Assembly (NCBI GenBank): GCA_010093705.1
Contig: MU006102.1
Location: 314,123-378,122, forward strand
Source: Patellaria atrata CBS 101060
Taxonomy: Eukaryota
DNA: 64,000 bases
Direction: 5' to 3'
The translations under genes were made by a program, and so were the position numbers. Positions 23,763 to 36,755 of this stretch are shown here, piece by piece. Within the stretch, counting starts at the first letter, position 1. Every line of letters starts with the position of its first letter. The notes under the pieces were generated by a model that worked only from the letters and a program-made list of their open reading frames with translations, ran no database searches and was not told the origin of the DNA.

Positions 23763-25734
23763 TTATATCTTATCCCTTGTATCACTCAATCTCCTCAACA
23801 TAATCCCATCTCCTATCCATTGCCCACCCACTTCCTCGTCCTTTCCCCCCACACCAACTCTATTAACCCCATCAACGTCGACCCCATTCCTCGTATCCTC
23901 GTCATCCTCCGGTGTGCCCTCTCGACAAGCCCACGCATCCACATACCTTAGAACCTCTCGTCCCCACATTCGATTCATAACTTTTAGTCTAATAGGCACC
24001 AGCGCGATGATAATGATTGGGAACGCGGGTCCCGCTTTCGTTAACGTGACGATGAAGATGACGACCGTGACGACGATCTGCACGATCGTGTAAATATGGA
24101 TCGGGATGTAAGAGGAGATGGTTTGGGGGATTTTAGGGAGCTCCGAGGGCGGTGTTAGAAGATAGAACGTGCGGTAAAGGATTGGACTAGATAAGGTCAA
24201 TTTGAGGTTCTTGACCTGTTTTGAAACTATGTGTGGTTCTTAACTTACTTGACGGAGAGACTTTGTTCGCCCATGAATAGAAAGAGGCCTGCGAGAACAC
24301 TTGTGGGAGTCAAGCCTAGGACGTGCATGAACGGCGGACTCATGAAGCAGAGAATTCCTGCAGCGTGAAGGAAATGGCTCCATCGTTGTTCGTAGACCCG
24401 CCTTGAGACTCTGGTCTCGTTTCTTTCCGCGCCGGCAAGGTCTGAGAGAGAAATGTTTTCCTTCTCGTCGTGCATCAAGCTTTCTGAGTGTAAGGGAGCT
24501 TGGGGTAAAAGCCCGTTCGCAGGGGGAATGCCAAGAATGCCACACAACGCTGTCGTTGTTCCCAGCAGCGCTATATCCCAAGCAAAGCCACCTGGTTTGC
24601 GAGTACCATACCGCTGTGTGGTGCAAATGATGCTGCTAACTTCGTGATCAAAAAAGAAGAGCGAGGTGATAATCGCACCTGGGATAATGGCAACAAATAT
24701 CCAAGAAACAGGTAGTTCCCAAAACCTAACAAAGAAGACCGAACGTTCTGGATTTGTAGGATGGAAAGAGGCACTAATAGGGAGCGTGTCCTTATCTAGG
24801 TCTTTTAATTCGCCGATATGAGGGAGGGCGATGAAGATGACGATGCTGATGGCTGCAGCGTACTCAGAGAGTCCCATGCGGAGATAGCGGTGAAAGTAGG
24901 GTTTCCATTTCTCGGCAGATGCCAGGAAGACAGCTAGAAAGCAGGTACCAATGGCCCCGATAATAGAATATAGGAATGCGGCAAATGATAAGTTGGCATG
25001 GGCACGCTCCAGCTCCTGGATAGCTTTATGAAAGTATATGATACTATTTAGGAGAGAGAAAATTTCCGTAGAAAACGTAGTTACGTACCGCATCGTCCAG
25101 TCATGAGCATTGAAAATGGCTAGGAAATAATGCATCCACGCAGCATGAATCAGCGACCACGCCATGAACGGGAGGAAGGGTATCTGAATCAGTTAAACTA
25201 AAACCTGAGTAGTATTTTTACAACTTACATTGAACGATGTATCGCATAAAGAAAACATATTTTCAGCTAGAATAGAAAAGGGCCCGGTGACTCCAAGAAT
25301 ATTGAGAGGCTGTATAGCGCATCTGAGTATAGGATTGGTCAGGAACAGTAGAGAAAGATGAAGTTGGTAGGGAAAGACTATCTTCCTAATGACAAGAAGA
25401 AACAGAGACCTAAATAGTTAAACACAATACTATATTTGAGAACTACGCACATTGAGAAGATGATTCCGCAAAGACCAGTACTGAACACCACCTCTATAGT
25501 TCCCCAGTTTTTGCCAGTCAACGCATACAAGTCATTTGCAAAGGTGATACCGGGGAGTAGATTCGTGAAAAGGACATATACAGCGCTGGCGAAGATCAAC
25601 TGGTTGAAGACTTTCCAATCAGATACGTATCGCTTGGATAAGTTCTTCCGGTCTTGCTTTAACAGACGAAATGGCCTAAGAGGACCATCATAACGGAAGG
25701 TTTTTGTCAATTTCATACTCCATGATGAAGACAT
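23763..25734 (-). CDS. BOR1: HCO3-/borate transporter (SLC4/Bor1 family), multi-exon
   Basis: FTNLLPGITFANDL, QPLNILGVTGPFSILAE, HDWTMRYVTTFSTEIFSLLNSIIYF, LFFFDHEVSSI, KPGGFAWDIALLG, GIPPANGLLPQAPLHSESL, VYEQRWSHFL. Confidence 0.92.
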
Positions 25735-26228
25735 GGTCTTGGAAGGAATAGACTTGGATAGAACGAGGAAAAGCGAATGCTTTTGAGCTTTTTATAGTTC
25801 TATCTAACGACCGTCTTTTGCTCTACTTTATGCAACGCGACATCTTCAGTTGTAGAATCAATGCTTGTGCCAAGTATGCGTCAAAGACACGTTCTGAAAA
25901 TGGGCAACCAGAGAGGTCGAAAATTGAGATTCATCGCAGTGACAAGTCGTGCCGTGAAAAGTTGATATCACCGGTGTTGCCTCGGCTTGCCGAGATCTCA
26001 GATGGGAACAATTCGGGGCAGGTATAGCCGAATGGGAACGCGCTGCGCGTGAATTGCCGAATGCGCGAACTCGTTGTATAGGTCTCTATACTGGACATTG
26101 TGTCTATTAAAAATTCTACCACTTGCACGTGAGGTTATTTGTCTACTGACGTACTAAACCTTTTTCAAACTCTAAACATCTCCTTCGCAATCTCGGGTTT
26201 CTCCACAACCTACAAACTTACCTCCACT

Positions 26229-27872
26229 ATGGCGGAGACCGGTCTCGCAGAGCTTGATGCTTGTAAGCTTATATTAACAGATTCGACACTTCTGATGGAC
26301 TATACTGATACCAACAGGGCTTACAAGTGCAAATGATGTCTTTGAGATTGATTTGCTACGCCCAAATTCACAATCGAAACCTACTTCCGCTCTCGAAGAA
26401 CCGTTCAACCCCACATTTACGTATCCCATATTCGGAGAAGAAGAGACGATATTCGGTCACAAAGGTTTGCGGATCAAGCTAAGCCTACGCGCGCATGACT
26501 TGCGACCGTCGTTAGAGATCAGGCAAGATGAGGTCTTTAAGCCCATTGGAAAGACTCAGGCGATGGATGTCAAGGAAATGATGAAAGACTTTCTCCCATC
26601 ATGTGAGTATTTGTTAGATGAGAGTATACTAGAACAAGTACTGACCAGATAATAGCCGCCTTTGAGAACACCGCATCCAAGGAACGTATAGATACCATAG
26701 GATGGAAACCTCCAGGCACCCTCCTAACTACCTACAAGCGCGGGGGACGTAGCTTTGAGATCTGGTATTCAAGTCTATCGAAACCAGAAGCGAAAGAGAT
26801 ATTGCGGGGTATGCAAATCCTAGTCCCACTCTTCATTGAAGGCGGCACACTTCAAGACTTAGAAGAAGCCGCCTGGACAATCGAGCGCTGGAAACTCTTC
26901 CTCATCTACGAGGTCACCCCCCTGAAGTCCTCTCCGAAAAGCACTCCCTACACCTTCGTCGGTTTCTCAACCTCCTACCGCCTTTGGGTTCCCCCGACCG
27001 TCGAAATCTCCGAAAGACTCTCCTTCGTCTCCTCCACCCCAGTTCCCCTGCCAACCTTGGGTCCTAATCCCTCTGACGTCGAGCACGATAAACTCCCCCC
27101 TTACAACCCCCTCGAATCCCCCTCTCGCGAACGCATATCCCAATTCCTGATCCTGCCCCCTTTCCAAGGCCAATCCCACGGCGCAGCCCTCTATACCGCC
27201 ATGGCATCCCTCTTCCGCTCCGACGCCTCCGTCTTTGAGATCACAGTCGAAGATCCCAACGAAGCCTTCGACGACCTCCGCGACTGGAGCGACCTCGCCT
27301 ACCTCCGGTCCACCTTTCCCTCATTCAAAACCCTCCAAGTCCCCGATTCCGTCCCGGCAGAGATGTTAGCACCCAAAGAGTTCATCCCCGTGAACTATCT
27401 TCTCCCACCCGATGTCGCGGACCCGATCAGGTACAAGAGCAAAATCGCCCCGCGCCAGTTCGCCAGATTGTGCGAGATGCATCTCCTCTCGGGCATACCC
27501 CCGCTCCACCGCTCCAAGGCGCGCATAACACGCAAAGACAAATCTGCCCACGAGAACGACAGACGCTACTTTTTCTGGCGGCTCCTGGTCAAAGAGCGTC
27601 TGTACATCCGGAATAAAGACCAGCTCGTCCAATTGGACCGTGAAGAGCGCATCGAGAAGGTCGAGCAAACCGTCGACAGCGTCGAGGAGGAGTATGTGCG
27701 GCTCTTGAACGCGGCGGAGAAACGGGGACATAGGGGTACGATGGGAGAGGAGGAAGCGGCGAATGGGAAGGCTCTGGCTAGTAGGGGGAAGAGGAAGACG
27801 AGGGTCGTTGAGGAAGACGAGGATGAGGATGAGGACGATACGGATCATAGTAAGAGGATTAAGAGGGCTTAA
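26229..27872 (+). CDS. HAT1: Histone acetyltransferase type B catalytic subunit
   Basis: FNPTFTYPIFGEEETIFGHKGL, LVPLFIEGG, RERISQFLILPPFQGQSHGAALY, EITVEDPNEAFDDLRD; two introns; basic C-terminal NLS-like tail. Confidence 0.95.
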
Positions 27873-28255
27873 GGTGTTCGGACTATGGACGGCGCTTGGC
27901 GTTCTGAGAGACAGGATGGGTGTGACTGACACCTTTATTTCTAGAGAGGGATGGATCGTGATTAGTAAGGCCTGACGGGGATTTTGCGTTTATATTTCAT
28001 CCTGAACCCTTTCATATGTGGTTTATGACCATAATGTTGATCTGAGATTAGAGGAAGATAGATCAGATAAAACCCCTCTCGTAAGGTGACTCTAACCTGT
28101 CTTTTCGAATTTCAGACTATGGCTCTATACACAACAGACGCAACACCATGCAGAATCTCAAAGGAAATGTGAATATAAGATACAAGTGTCAAGTTCGAAC
28201 TAATCAACCTCTGATTTCCGCGCTCACCCAATCTCTCTAATACACGAACGCTCAC

Positions 28256-29704
28256 CTATGTCCTCGCCGGCGCCTCCTTCTCCTTCCCAAGATCCACATT
28301 CTCATAGTAAAAGTTCTCCTCCGGCACTCTACCCCTCATGAATGCCGGCTCACTCCCACGAACATAGATATCCTCGTACAAGATCTTCGGGGTCGCATCA
28401 GGCGGGGGCATCTTCTCTGCCTCTGCGACCTCGGCGTCAACGAAGCTACGGGCCTCCTTATCGATAGACTTGAGCTCGTCCTCGGTGGTGACGCCCCAAT
28501 CGAGGAGTTTCTGCTTGAGGCCAGCGATGGGGTCGTTGGTGCTGCGCATGCGTTGGATTTCTTCGCGGGTACGGTATGTGGTGCCCGGATCGGACATGGA
28601 GTGTCCACCGTACCGGTATGTGACGTATTCGTAGACGAGAGGACCTTTGCCTTCTTTACACCATTGTTTGCCGTACTCGACTGCGGCTTTGACGGCGAGG
28701 ACGTCCATACCGTTAATTTTGAGGCCGGGGATGTATTGGCCGCGTTTGTAGTAGTCGGTTAGAGCTGCGGCGCGGTTGGCTGCGGTACCCATTCCGTATT
28801 TGTTGTCTAAGTGAACAAGAGTTAGCAGATTCCTTGATATGTATGGATTTTAGGTTCCTACTTTCGCAACCAAAGATGACAGGTAGATTCCATAGCTTCG
28901 CCATGTTGAATGCCTCGAAGACTTGCCCTTGATTCGATGCACCATCACCGTAGAGAGCAAGGGTGACATTGTCCTTTCCTTCGTACTGGTTGGCGAAAGC
29001 CACACCAGCACCAACGGGAACTTGAGCACCGACAATACCATTGCCGCCATAGAAACCGGTTGCGAACATGTGCATGGACCCGCCTTTGCCGTATGCGATA
29101 CCCTCTCTCCGGCCAAGTAATTCTCCGATGATCGACTTCACCGTCCCACCGCGCATGAGAGCGAAGCCGTGGCAACGATATGCCGTAATCAGATGGTCTT
29201 GCTTTGTTATGGCATGTTCGATTCCTACAGCAACAGCCTCTTGACCGGTGGAAAGATGGCAGAAACCTCGGATTTTCTTTTCTTTGTACAGACGATCAGC
29301 GGCCATTTCCATACGGCTAAATCAGTGAAATTAGTATAGTTCTCAAACGTTGAGCAAATGCATCATTTCAATTTTCCGTACCGAACAGCTACCATATCGT
29401 AGTACATTTGTTTAAGCTCCTTCTTGGTCGTATCGAGCGTATAGGGCGGCGGATCGAGCTCGTACGTCTCGAAACTCTCATCGGAGAGCCTCACTTCGAA
29501 AGGTTTATCATCTTCCTACAATTGACTCAAGTCAGTCAATTGGACTCACATTTAGATCATGATCCAGTCCATTGAACTCACAGCTGGGAGATTCTCCGCA
29601 TGCGACGAAGCCGCATCCGTTGTAACGGGTCGGCGAGCAATTGGAGTGTAGACAATCCGCCGCAGCGGTGTCGCTATGCTACTTCTCAATGCCCGTGAGA
29701 ACAT
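28256..29704 (-). CDS. PDA1: Pyruvate dehydrogenase E1 alpha subunit (mitochondrial)
   Basis: Basic presequence [40 protein letters not shown] (TPP binding), [21 protein letters not shown]. Confidence 0.97.
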
Positions 29705-31144
29705 ATCTGCGAGAAGATGAAGAGAGGGAGGTTAGGCGGGTTGGGTTGAACGGTGTAGACACTTTTCGAGAATTAGTCGGGTGTTGGCGTTGAGGTTGGG
29801 ATCAAGCCCTTGAAGCTTCGGAGCTTCCCACAGATTGCCCTAAATATTTCCCGGTATGGCTCCCCGAAAAGAATCATCACCGAACCTAAACTTCACCTCA
29901 CACGAATACAAATACATGGAAATACTCTTTGAATTATTGATTTTATAATGAGGTAGTCCTTCTATACTGAGATTTCATCTTAATATACATCCTAAAAGAG
30001 TTGCTTCTACAAAACTGCAATGCACCGCACAGATCTCGTCTGTACCGTACTCTAGAGTTTGAATCGGCCTTTATGATGATATAATTTCTGTGATGGCATG
30101 CAGAAAGGGATTTTTATCCATATCAGACCATCCAAATGACGACCTGGACAAGGCCTTAACTTTATTAGAGTATCTCTCAGACTCACGGCTTGAATGTGAG
30201 CTCTGCTCATAGTTCTGTACTTGACTAGACTATCTCCATACTGCAGGAAATATTAAGTGCGTCAGTCACCCTGTGAAGTAAACAATATCCTAGTGTTCAT
30301 ACAATTCAAAAGATTAAAGAAACAATTCCGACTAATACCATGTTATGAGCTCTCTGTTGGTCGAACACTAACAATATAGCCATCAGGAATTTATCGTTTA
30401 ACGGACAGGACAACAAATACTTTCAAGAGCCGTACATAAAGGTAAGATCGCATTAACATCGTGTCTCGACTTAAGCTCCATGAAACAGTTTCACTATGCA
30501 TCATTATACTAGCTGATATCTGTCTTTCGTGTTAGGTTTTAGTCGTAGCTCACTATGAATAAGACAGCGAATCAAAACCCAATGGAATGGACAGAACACA
30601 TTTTCCAGCCTATAGCCAAAAAGGGGTTCTTCTCTCACATGTTCTTCCCATACTCTTTAACCATGGTTGTTTGGCTCAACAGTAGAAATGCTAGCCTTTC
30701 ACGTGCTTGAAGTTTCACATCGGGCCTGCATTGGTGGTACGTACCGCAGTTCAAACACGGGTGTTCCCATCAACCTATGCTTTAGTCTCTTTCAGCTGAG
30801 AATAGTAAAGAAATGGTCCACAACAGTTCGCAAGTGGTAACGAGTGTGCACAGCGTTTCGCCTGCTATTGCGCATTATATGGAGCTGAATTTTTATACCA
30901 TGGAACAACAATGGCTAAGATTGGCATATCCCAATGAATAAGAGACAGTTCAAAGTTCACCTGATGGAAAATTTGTTCTTTAAACAACGATAACGAGATC
31001 TACAACCCTTTAAATCTTACTCTCCTTCTTCAAAGAACACAAATCGCGATATTTTCCTCGAAGTTATCCCGATAATCGATAGAAAGCCTCGAAAACAGTC
31101 TGATACCAACCTCAATACCATACACAATACTCACCTCATCCACG

Positions 31145-31378
31145 ATGTCTTCGACCGGGCCAAGTGGCGCTTATCCTCTTCATCTACTCGCCGCGGCTCT
31201 GAAGTCTCGATCAATGAGCAAAAACAGAGTTGGTGAAGACGTCCACGATCCAAGGCCCCTGTGGGCAAGAGGGAAGAGCAATAGTAAATTTGAAGACTTG
31301 TCTGCACGGGGGAAGGAGTCGCCGAGGAAGAGTGACCAAGCAGATAAAGAACTCAAAATGTCGGAAATCAAGATGTAA
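31145..31378 (+). CDS. Small hypothetical hydrophilic protein (77 aa)
   Basis: ATG in good context (CACGATG) after a C/A-rich leader; no recognisable domain. Confidence 0.3.
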   Translation: MSSTGPSGAYPLHLLAAALKSRSMSKNRVGEDVHDPRPLWARGKSNSKFEDLSARGKESPRKSDQADKELKMSEIKM

Positions 31379-31698
31379 GATAACATTGGAATGAAGGAGA
31401 GATGATCTAGCTTGAGTTGTTCCGGGGGATAGGTTGATCTGCTGGCCATTAGAAAAGCGTTTGGCGCAAACAATGTTTGTGGACACGTGTTCTACGATTG
31501 CATGTTCAGGCGTATTAGTTTGCTGCAGGATGATCTGGCTATTGAGTTGGCGGTATTCTGGTTGAACTGATTTATGGCATCAGAAACGCTTCAAAATGTA
31601 CTCTATCTCTTCTTACTACTATTCGAAAATCTACAAGCCGTTAGTACCAAAGTACATTACTGATTGGAAACAGTACGACAATTATCTGAATTTCTACA

Positions 31699-32271
31699 AT
31701 GGGGTCGACCTTGGAGTTCTCGACTCTGGTTTTGGCGATTTTAACTCTCTTTTTCCAATCACCCACCCGCATGTTAGGCGTCGACGCGAATCTTCTTAAC
31801 ACCGTCATCATGCGCGTTGATCCCGTATTCTGTTTCTTGGAGCTCATTTCCCTTGCAACAAGTGTTCTCGTCCTGCAATATCTCAAATTTCCACTTTCCA
31901 AATCCCTTCAATTACTCCATACGCGACGTGCTAGCGGTATCGACCACCATGGGACGGTCCACGATACCCTAGGAGATCACCTTTGTTGGATTTCCCGTGG
32001 TCTCGTCATTTTTGTATCCATGTCTTACACCATACTACTGGCGCTTGGATCTTCTCCGTGGGTGATGGGCTGCATCATGGTCTATGTGACAACATTCTTT
32101 GCGAATGAGCTACTTGTCTTGTCCGGAACGCTTGGAGACCTTCACGATGGTGACGGTGAAGTGGACTGGGAGCGGATTCAGGATGGGGAGAAGTCGCTGG
32201 ATGAGTTAGATACTCTGTGTAGATATCTTTCAGTGTTGTATCATGTTCCGTTGATTTTCTTTGCGTTTTGA
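31699..32271 (+). CDS. Hypothetical multi-pass membrane protein, possibly truncated or decaying
   Basis: 190-aa ORF with about 5 hydrophobic segments; further hydrophobic sequence continues in another frame past the stop to about 32392. Confidence 0.45.
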   Translation: MGSTLEFSTLVLAILTLFFQSPTRMLGVDANLLNTVIMRVDPVFCFLELISLATSVLVLQYLKFPLSKSLQLLHTRRASGIDHHGTVHDTLGDHLCWISRGLVIFVSMSYTILLALGSSPWVMGCIMVYVTTFFANELLVLSGTLGDLHDGDGEVDWERIQDGEKSLDELDTLCRYLSVLYHVPLIFFAF

Positions 32272-32720
32272 GTAACTGGTGGTTTCTACACCACTTTCTG
32301 AATCATATCCTGTTCTCATGGTCGGCCGAATATCGTGGATAATATTCATTGTTATTATAGTTTTTGTGCTCCCGACTTACACTTTCCGCTGAGTGACCTG
32401 ATAACTTTATAAGAGAACAATTTCAGCCGTGGCATTTTGAAAGTCAATTGACCTAAAACTGAAGTCCGATTTAAGCCCGATTAGCCCGGGTTGTGCGCGC
32501 CGATTCGGCGAAAGCTAAATTCAACCCCACGTTGACATGTGCGTCTTCTCCTATTTCAACGTTCTCATGAAAAGTGAGGGACAAATTCGAGAATGGGCAT
32601 TTCACCACATCAGGAGAAGAGATACAGAATTATTCAAAGAAGAAGTGATAAGACCTGTGACGTCCTCAGGCCAATGACAATCACTTCCCGATTTTCCTCC
32701 TCCGCACGAGACTAAGTACT

Positions 32721-32735
32721 CCCCGCCACATGCCG
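32721..32735. promoter_or_regulatory. CCGN7CCG (AcuK/AcuM-type) motif overlapping a SYGGRG CreA-type site upstream of SFC1
   Basis: CCG-CCACATG-CCG at 32723-32735; CCCCGC at 32721-32726; fits a gluconeogenic carrier gene. Confidence 0.4.
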
Positions 32736-33271
32736 GACGCTCGAGTGGAATAGCTTCCGCTCGTCCTTAGACTCTCGGCCCACGACAGAACGACGGTGGA
32801 CTCTGCTGGGCGAAAGTGCAGCTGGACACACTACGGACACACGCTGGACATGGTTTTCCTGTTAACCTGGGGTACAGTTCGGAAGAATATAGCTTCCAAT
32901 CATAACAGCGCCCTGGCTGATGCTCAGAGCTCCGTTTACGCAATGGCCGAGGCACGATATACGCTCGGTTTACACCTAGAGCTCTACTAGACGTTGATCG
33001 TGCGTGCGCCCAGAGTTCATGAAAGCTCTCAAAGGTTTTGTCTTATGACTGAGACCTATCCCTCACGTCTGATCTTCTCTTTCCCTCTTCTCTCTGTTTT
33101 TCGTTTGTTCAGGTCTTTTCTACACATTTGTGAAGCTACTAGTATCAATTGTTTCTTAGAACTAGAGAATACAATTATTTTTCTTTATAACCGACTTTTT
33201 ACATACACGCGACATCTCTCCAGACCTCGAGTTCTATCTCGACTACCCTCCACTCAAAATCATAGTCAATC

Positions 33272-34578
33272 ATGTCTGCAAAGAATGTAAAAGGTCCGGG
33301 CGGAAAACAGCCACCTTCTGCCGCGACCAATCTTATAGGTACTGCGAGTTCGGCTCATTTCGTGAATATGTCACTGACTAGTTCCTATAGCTGGTGGAGG
33401 AGCTGGAATGATGGAAGCGCTTGTGTGCCATCCTCTTGGTTGGTAAATTCCTTACCTTAAACTTCGATCTTTCTCCTAATTATACCCCAGACACAATCAA
33501 GGTTCGAATGCAACTGTCGCGGAGAGCGCGAGCGCCTGGTGTATGTTCCCCATATACAGTATAGTCCAGTTCATATCTCTATTGGGAATCAGCGAATGTG
33601 ATTTTTCCTATTATGAAATATGTTCGTACTGACGGCCGATTTTACAGGCTAAAAGACGAGGCTTCATTACCACTGGAGTAGAAATTGTAAAAAGAGAAAC
33701 ACCACTTGGTCTCTACAAGGGATTAGGTGCAGTGCTTACTGGCATCGTACCGAAGATGGCGATCCGTTTCACCTCATATGAGTGGTATAAGCAATTATTG
33801 GCAGACAAGTCAGGTGAAGTGACTTCGAAAAGCACTTTTCTCGGTAGGTCTCCCCACTCATTGGAGCATATACCCGCCAGGTGGTTGAATTGAGGATAAA
33901 GCTGATGATTATTTGTTATAGCTGGTCTCGCTGCCGGTATTACAGAAGCTGTAGCTGTAGTGACACCTATGGAGGTAGTTAAAATCAGACTACAAGCACA
34001 GCACCATTCAATGGCGGACCCACTTGATGTACCCAAGTACCGAAATGCTGCACATGCTCTTTATACTGTTGTTAAAGAAGAAGGTGTAGGAGCCCTCTAC
34101 AGGGGTGTTTCACTTACAGCTTTGAGACAAGGAACGAATCAAGCAGGTGAGCAAATTGAAATAAAATTCGACATCTGAAAGACTAAATACGCTCCTAGTG
34201 AACTTCACCGCATATACCGAGTTCCGAGCCGCCCTCCAGAAGTGGCACGGTACTGAAGACCTTGCATCCCACGAAACTATGTTTATTGGTCTCGTTTCCG
34301 GTGCAATGGGCCCTTTCTCGAATGCTCCTATTGATACAATCAAGACTCGTCTACAAAAGACTCCAGCAGAACCAGGCCAGACAGCTATTGGCAGAATTGC
34401 AACTATCAGCAAGGACATGTGGAAGCAGGAAGGTGCCAGGAGTTTCTACAAAGGAATTACACCCCGAGTGATGCGAGTTGCACCAGGCCAGGCTGTTACA
34501 TTTACCGTCTATGAGTATCTCAAGAACATCCTGGAAAAGGGCCGAGAAATGTTACCCGGAGGCAAATATGAAGAGTAA
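33272..34578 (+). CDS. SFC1: Mitochondrial succinate/fumarate carrier (Sfc1/Acr1/AcuL), about 6 exons
   Basis: AATNLIAGGGAGMMEALVCHPLDTIKVRMQL, GIVPKMAIRFTSYE, VTPMEVVKIRLQAQHHSMADPLDVPKYRNA, SNAPIDTIKTRLQK, FYKGITPRVMRVAPGQAVTFTVYE. Confidence 0.95.
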
Positions 34579-35772
34579 AGACAAGTTGAGCCGCGAAGAA
34601 GAAATATTCGAGATACCCAACCAGCTTTGAGGATGGCGAGTGAAACGGTATTGTTATCAACATAACGCCCCTCGAGGTCGTATTTGAAATGAGTTCTGTT
34701 CATGTGTAAGTTTTTTGGTGAAAGAGGTAGAGGTTCGATCGTATTTTGGGAGCAAAATCTGTTAATTTGGGCGTCCATGATAACAGAGTTCCATCGAAGC
34801 ATCGCATCTGGAGTTGTTTCAGTCTTATAGCCTACTAGATAGTATTGACAAGTTACAAGATTTCAAAGTTTCAATTTTTCTACGATATCCCTTGCGTCCC
34901 GACCTCTTACGCGCGACACGACCAAGGCGCGACAGTACTCCATTCTTCGTGCGACACAACCTGAAAAAAAGTTTTTGGATTTTGAATATCCTGCATCGTT
35001 GCAATGGCATTGCCCAACGGGCCGTTATCTCATCATCGCTGCAATCGTCTACCTTGCTAAGCAACTCGTCTTCATATGGATATCACTTTCTAATCAGAGA
35101 AGGAAGCTTATCTCAGAAAAGGCTTCCTCGAAATATCCGAATATGATGGTTCTCATTTTGGTGAACCACATACGTTCTTTCTAGCCATCCCTTTCCGTCC
35201 ACATCGCGTTTATCCATACCTGTCTTTCCCACGGAACTGAAACCGGTATCTGCTCCTTACAGAGTACTATCGTATATCGCCGGACTAGGTAAAAAGCAAT
35301 ATAGTTTTAGTTCATAGTCTGCAGCATAAAACAGATCGTTGTTCCCTCCACTTCAAACTGCCAGGTTGTGCTCAGTCTTTACTCTTCTTTCCACGCTCTC
35401 TAGAGCAATTTATCACCCGATCGCTCGTTATTTTGGTACTAATTCATTCATCTCTTATCAGCTTAGCTTGACCTAGAAACTCCCTAAGCATATGCACCTT
35501 CCTCTCCTCCGTTCTCCCACGACAAAGACCTCCGATACTCTCATCAAACACCGCCCTACCCACAATCGCAAGCTCAAGTTCTGGAGACGGAAACAACAGG
35601 GTCCCTTAACCCTTCGCCCCAAACCCACCTTCTCCACCCCCTTCCTCCCTTCTCCCCAACCCAACTTTCCCATTCGTCCTCAGCTTCGAGCACCGGACAC
35701 CACACCCGAATATCAAAACACAGACTGTCCATTCCACCTCGAAAGCATCCATCCTCACCACTGCTGCGCACC

Positions 35773-36398
35773 ATGTATATCCTACTCTTCCTTCTCCCCC
35801 TGGTAGGCACCATTCACTGTCTTCCTTTGCCCACCCCGAGGATCGGCAAAGTAGACATGGAAGCCGTAGAACGGCTCCGAGCCTCGGGCCTCTCTGAAGT
35901 AAATTCCCTTCCCTCTTCCTCCTCCTCATCCCCCATAACTACAATGCTCCCTTCTACGCCCCGCACATGGGTTGAACGAAGCTAACTCACCCCAAGAAAG
36001 AAATAACAGCCCACCTCCCCCTCCTCGACCCCCTGACCTCTTTCTTCCCTTTCTTCGCTCCGTGCCCGCATACCCCCGTCGCGCTATCCCCGCATGAGGT
36101 TCCCTCCCTCTCTTCCTCCTCCTCCTCCTTCTTCTTCCCCGAAGACGAGGATGGTAATATCCCCCCCGGCTCCCTCCCTGCGCCCACTACTTTCCCGGGC
36201 AAGCTCGAGATGAAACGCGCCGCCGAGGTGGAGAAGAGAGGGACAGCGACGGTGGCGCAGCTGAAGACGTTCGTGAAAAACGTCCTGGCTACGGCGGGGA
36301 GGAAGATTGGGAAGAGGGAGGAAGGGGGATATGAGGGGTTTGAGGACCTGGTTGTCAGGCCGAGGGGAGGTGTGTTTTGGGGGCAGGGGAGGATGTAG
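35773..36398 (+). CDS. Small secreted precursor protein (about 175 aa) with dibasic KR sites; exons 35773-35898, 35997-36398
   Basis: Signal peptide MYILLFLLPLVGTIHC-LPL; intron GTAAAT..GCTAAC..CCAAG joins exon 1 in frame to the 36210 ORF; C-terminal ..MKR-AAEVEKR-GTATVAQLKTFVKNVLATAGRKIGKR-EEGG. Confidence 0.7.
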
Positions 36399-36755
36399 GT
36401 GATGGCGATTCGGATTGAGAGACGTTTGTATGGGTGGGTTTAGAGATTCGGTGTATTAGGACATGGACGTGGGTTTTTACATTTGTGAGTTCAGAGGGGA
36501 AGGAAGTTTGGTGAATCCTGTCAGGATACGGTTCTTAGTTTGGGTTTGAATGCACTGCTTGCTGTTCTTTTCGCTATGGTAGTCTGCTATGGTAGTTTCG
36601 GTATTTCCAATTTCCCCTTTCCGTCTTAGAAAACGCCCTTATCCGAAGAATCCGAGTCATGATATGATGAATGATAGTGACACCATAGACTTGCGCCGAT
36701 CGAACAAGCGTAAGATATCCCCATAGCTATAAAGAAATGTTAATGTCTTAGCGGT

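Noticed and set aside
34825..35184. Short overlapping ORFs downstream of SFC1
   Set aside because: No consistent frame, splice structure or recognisable motif.
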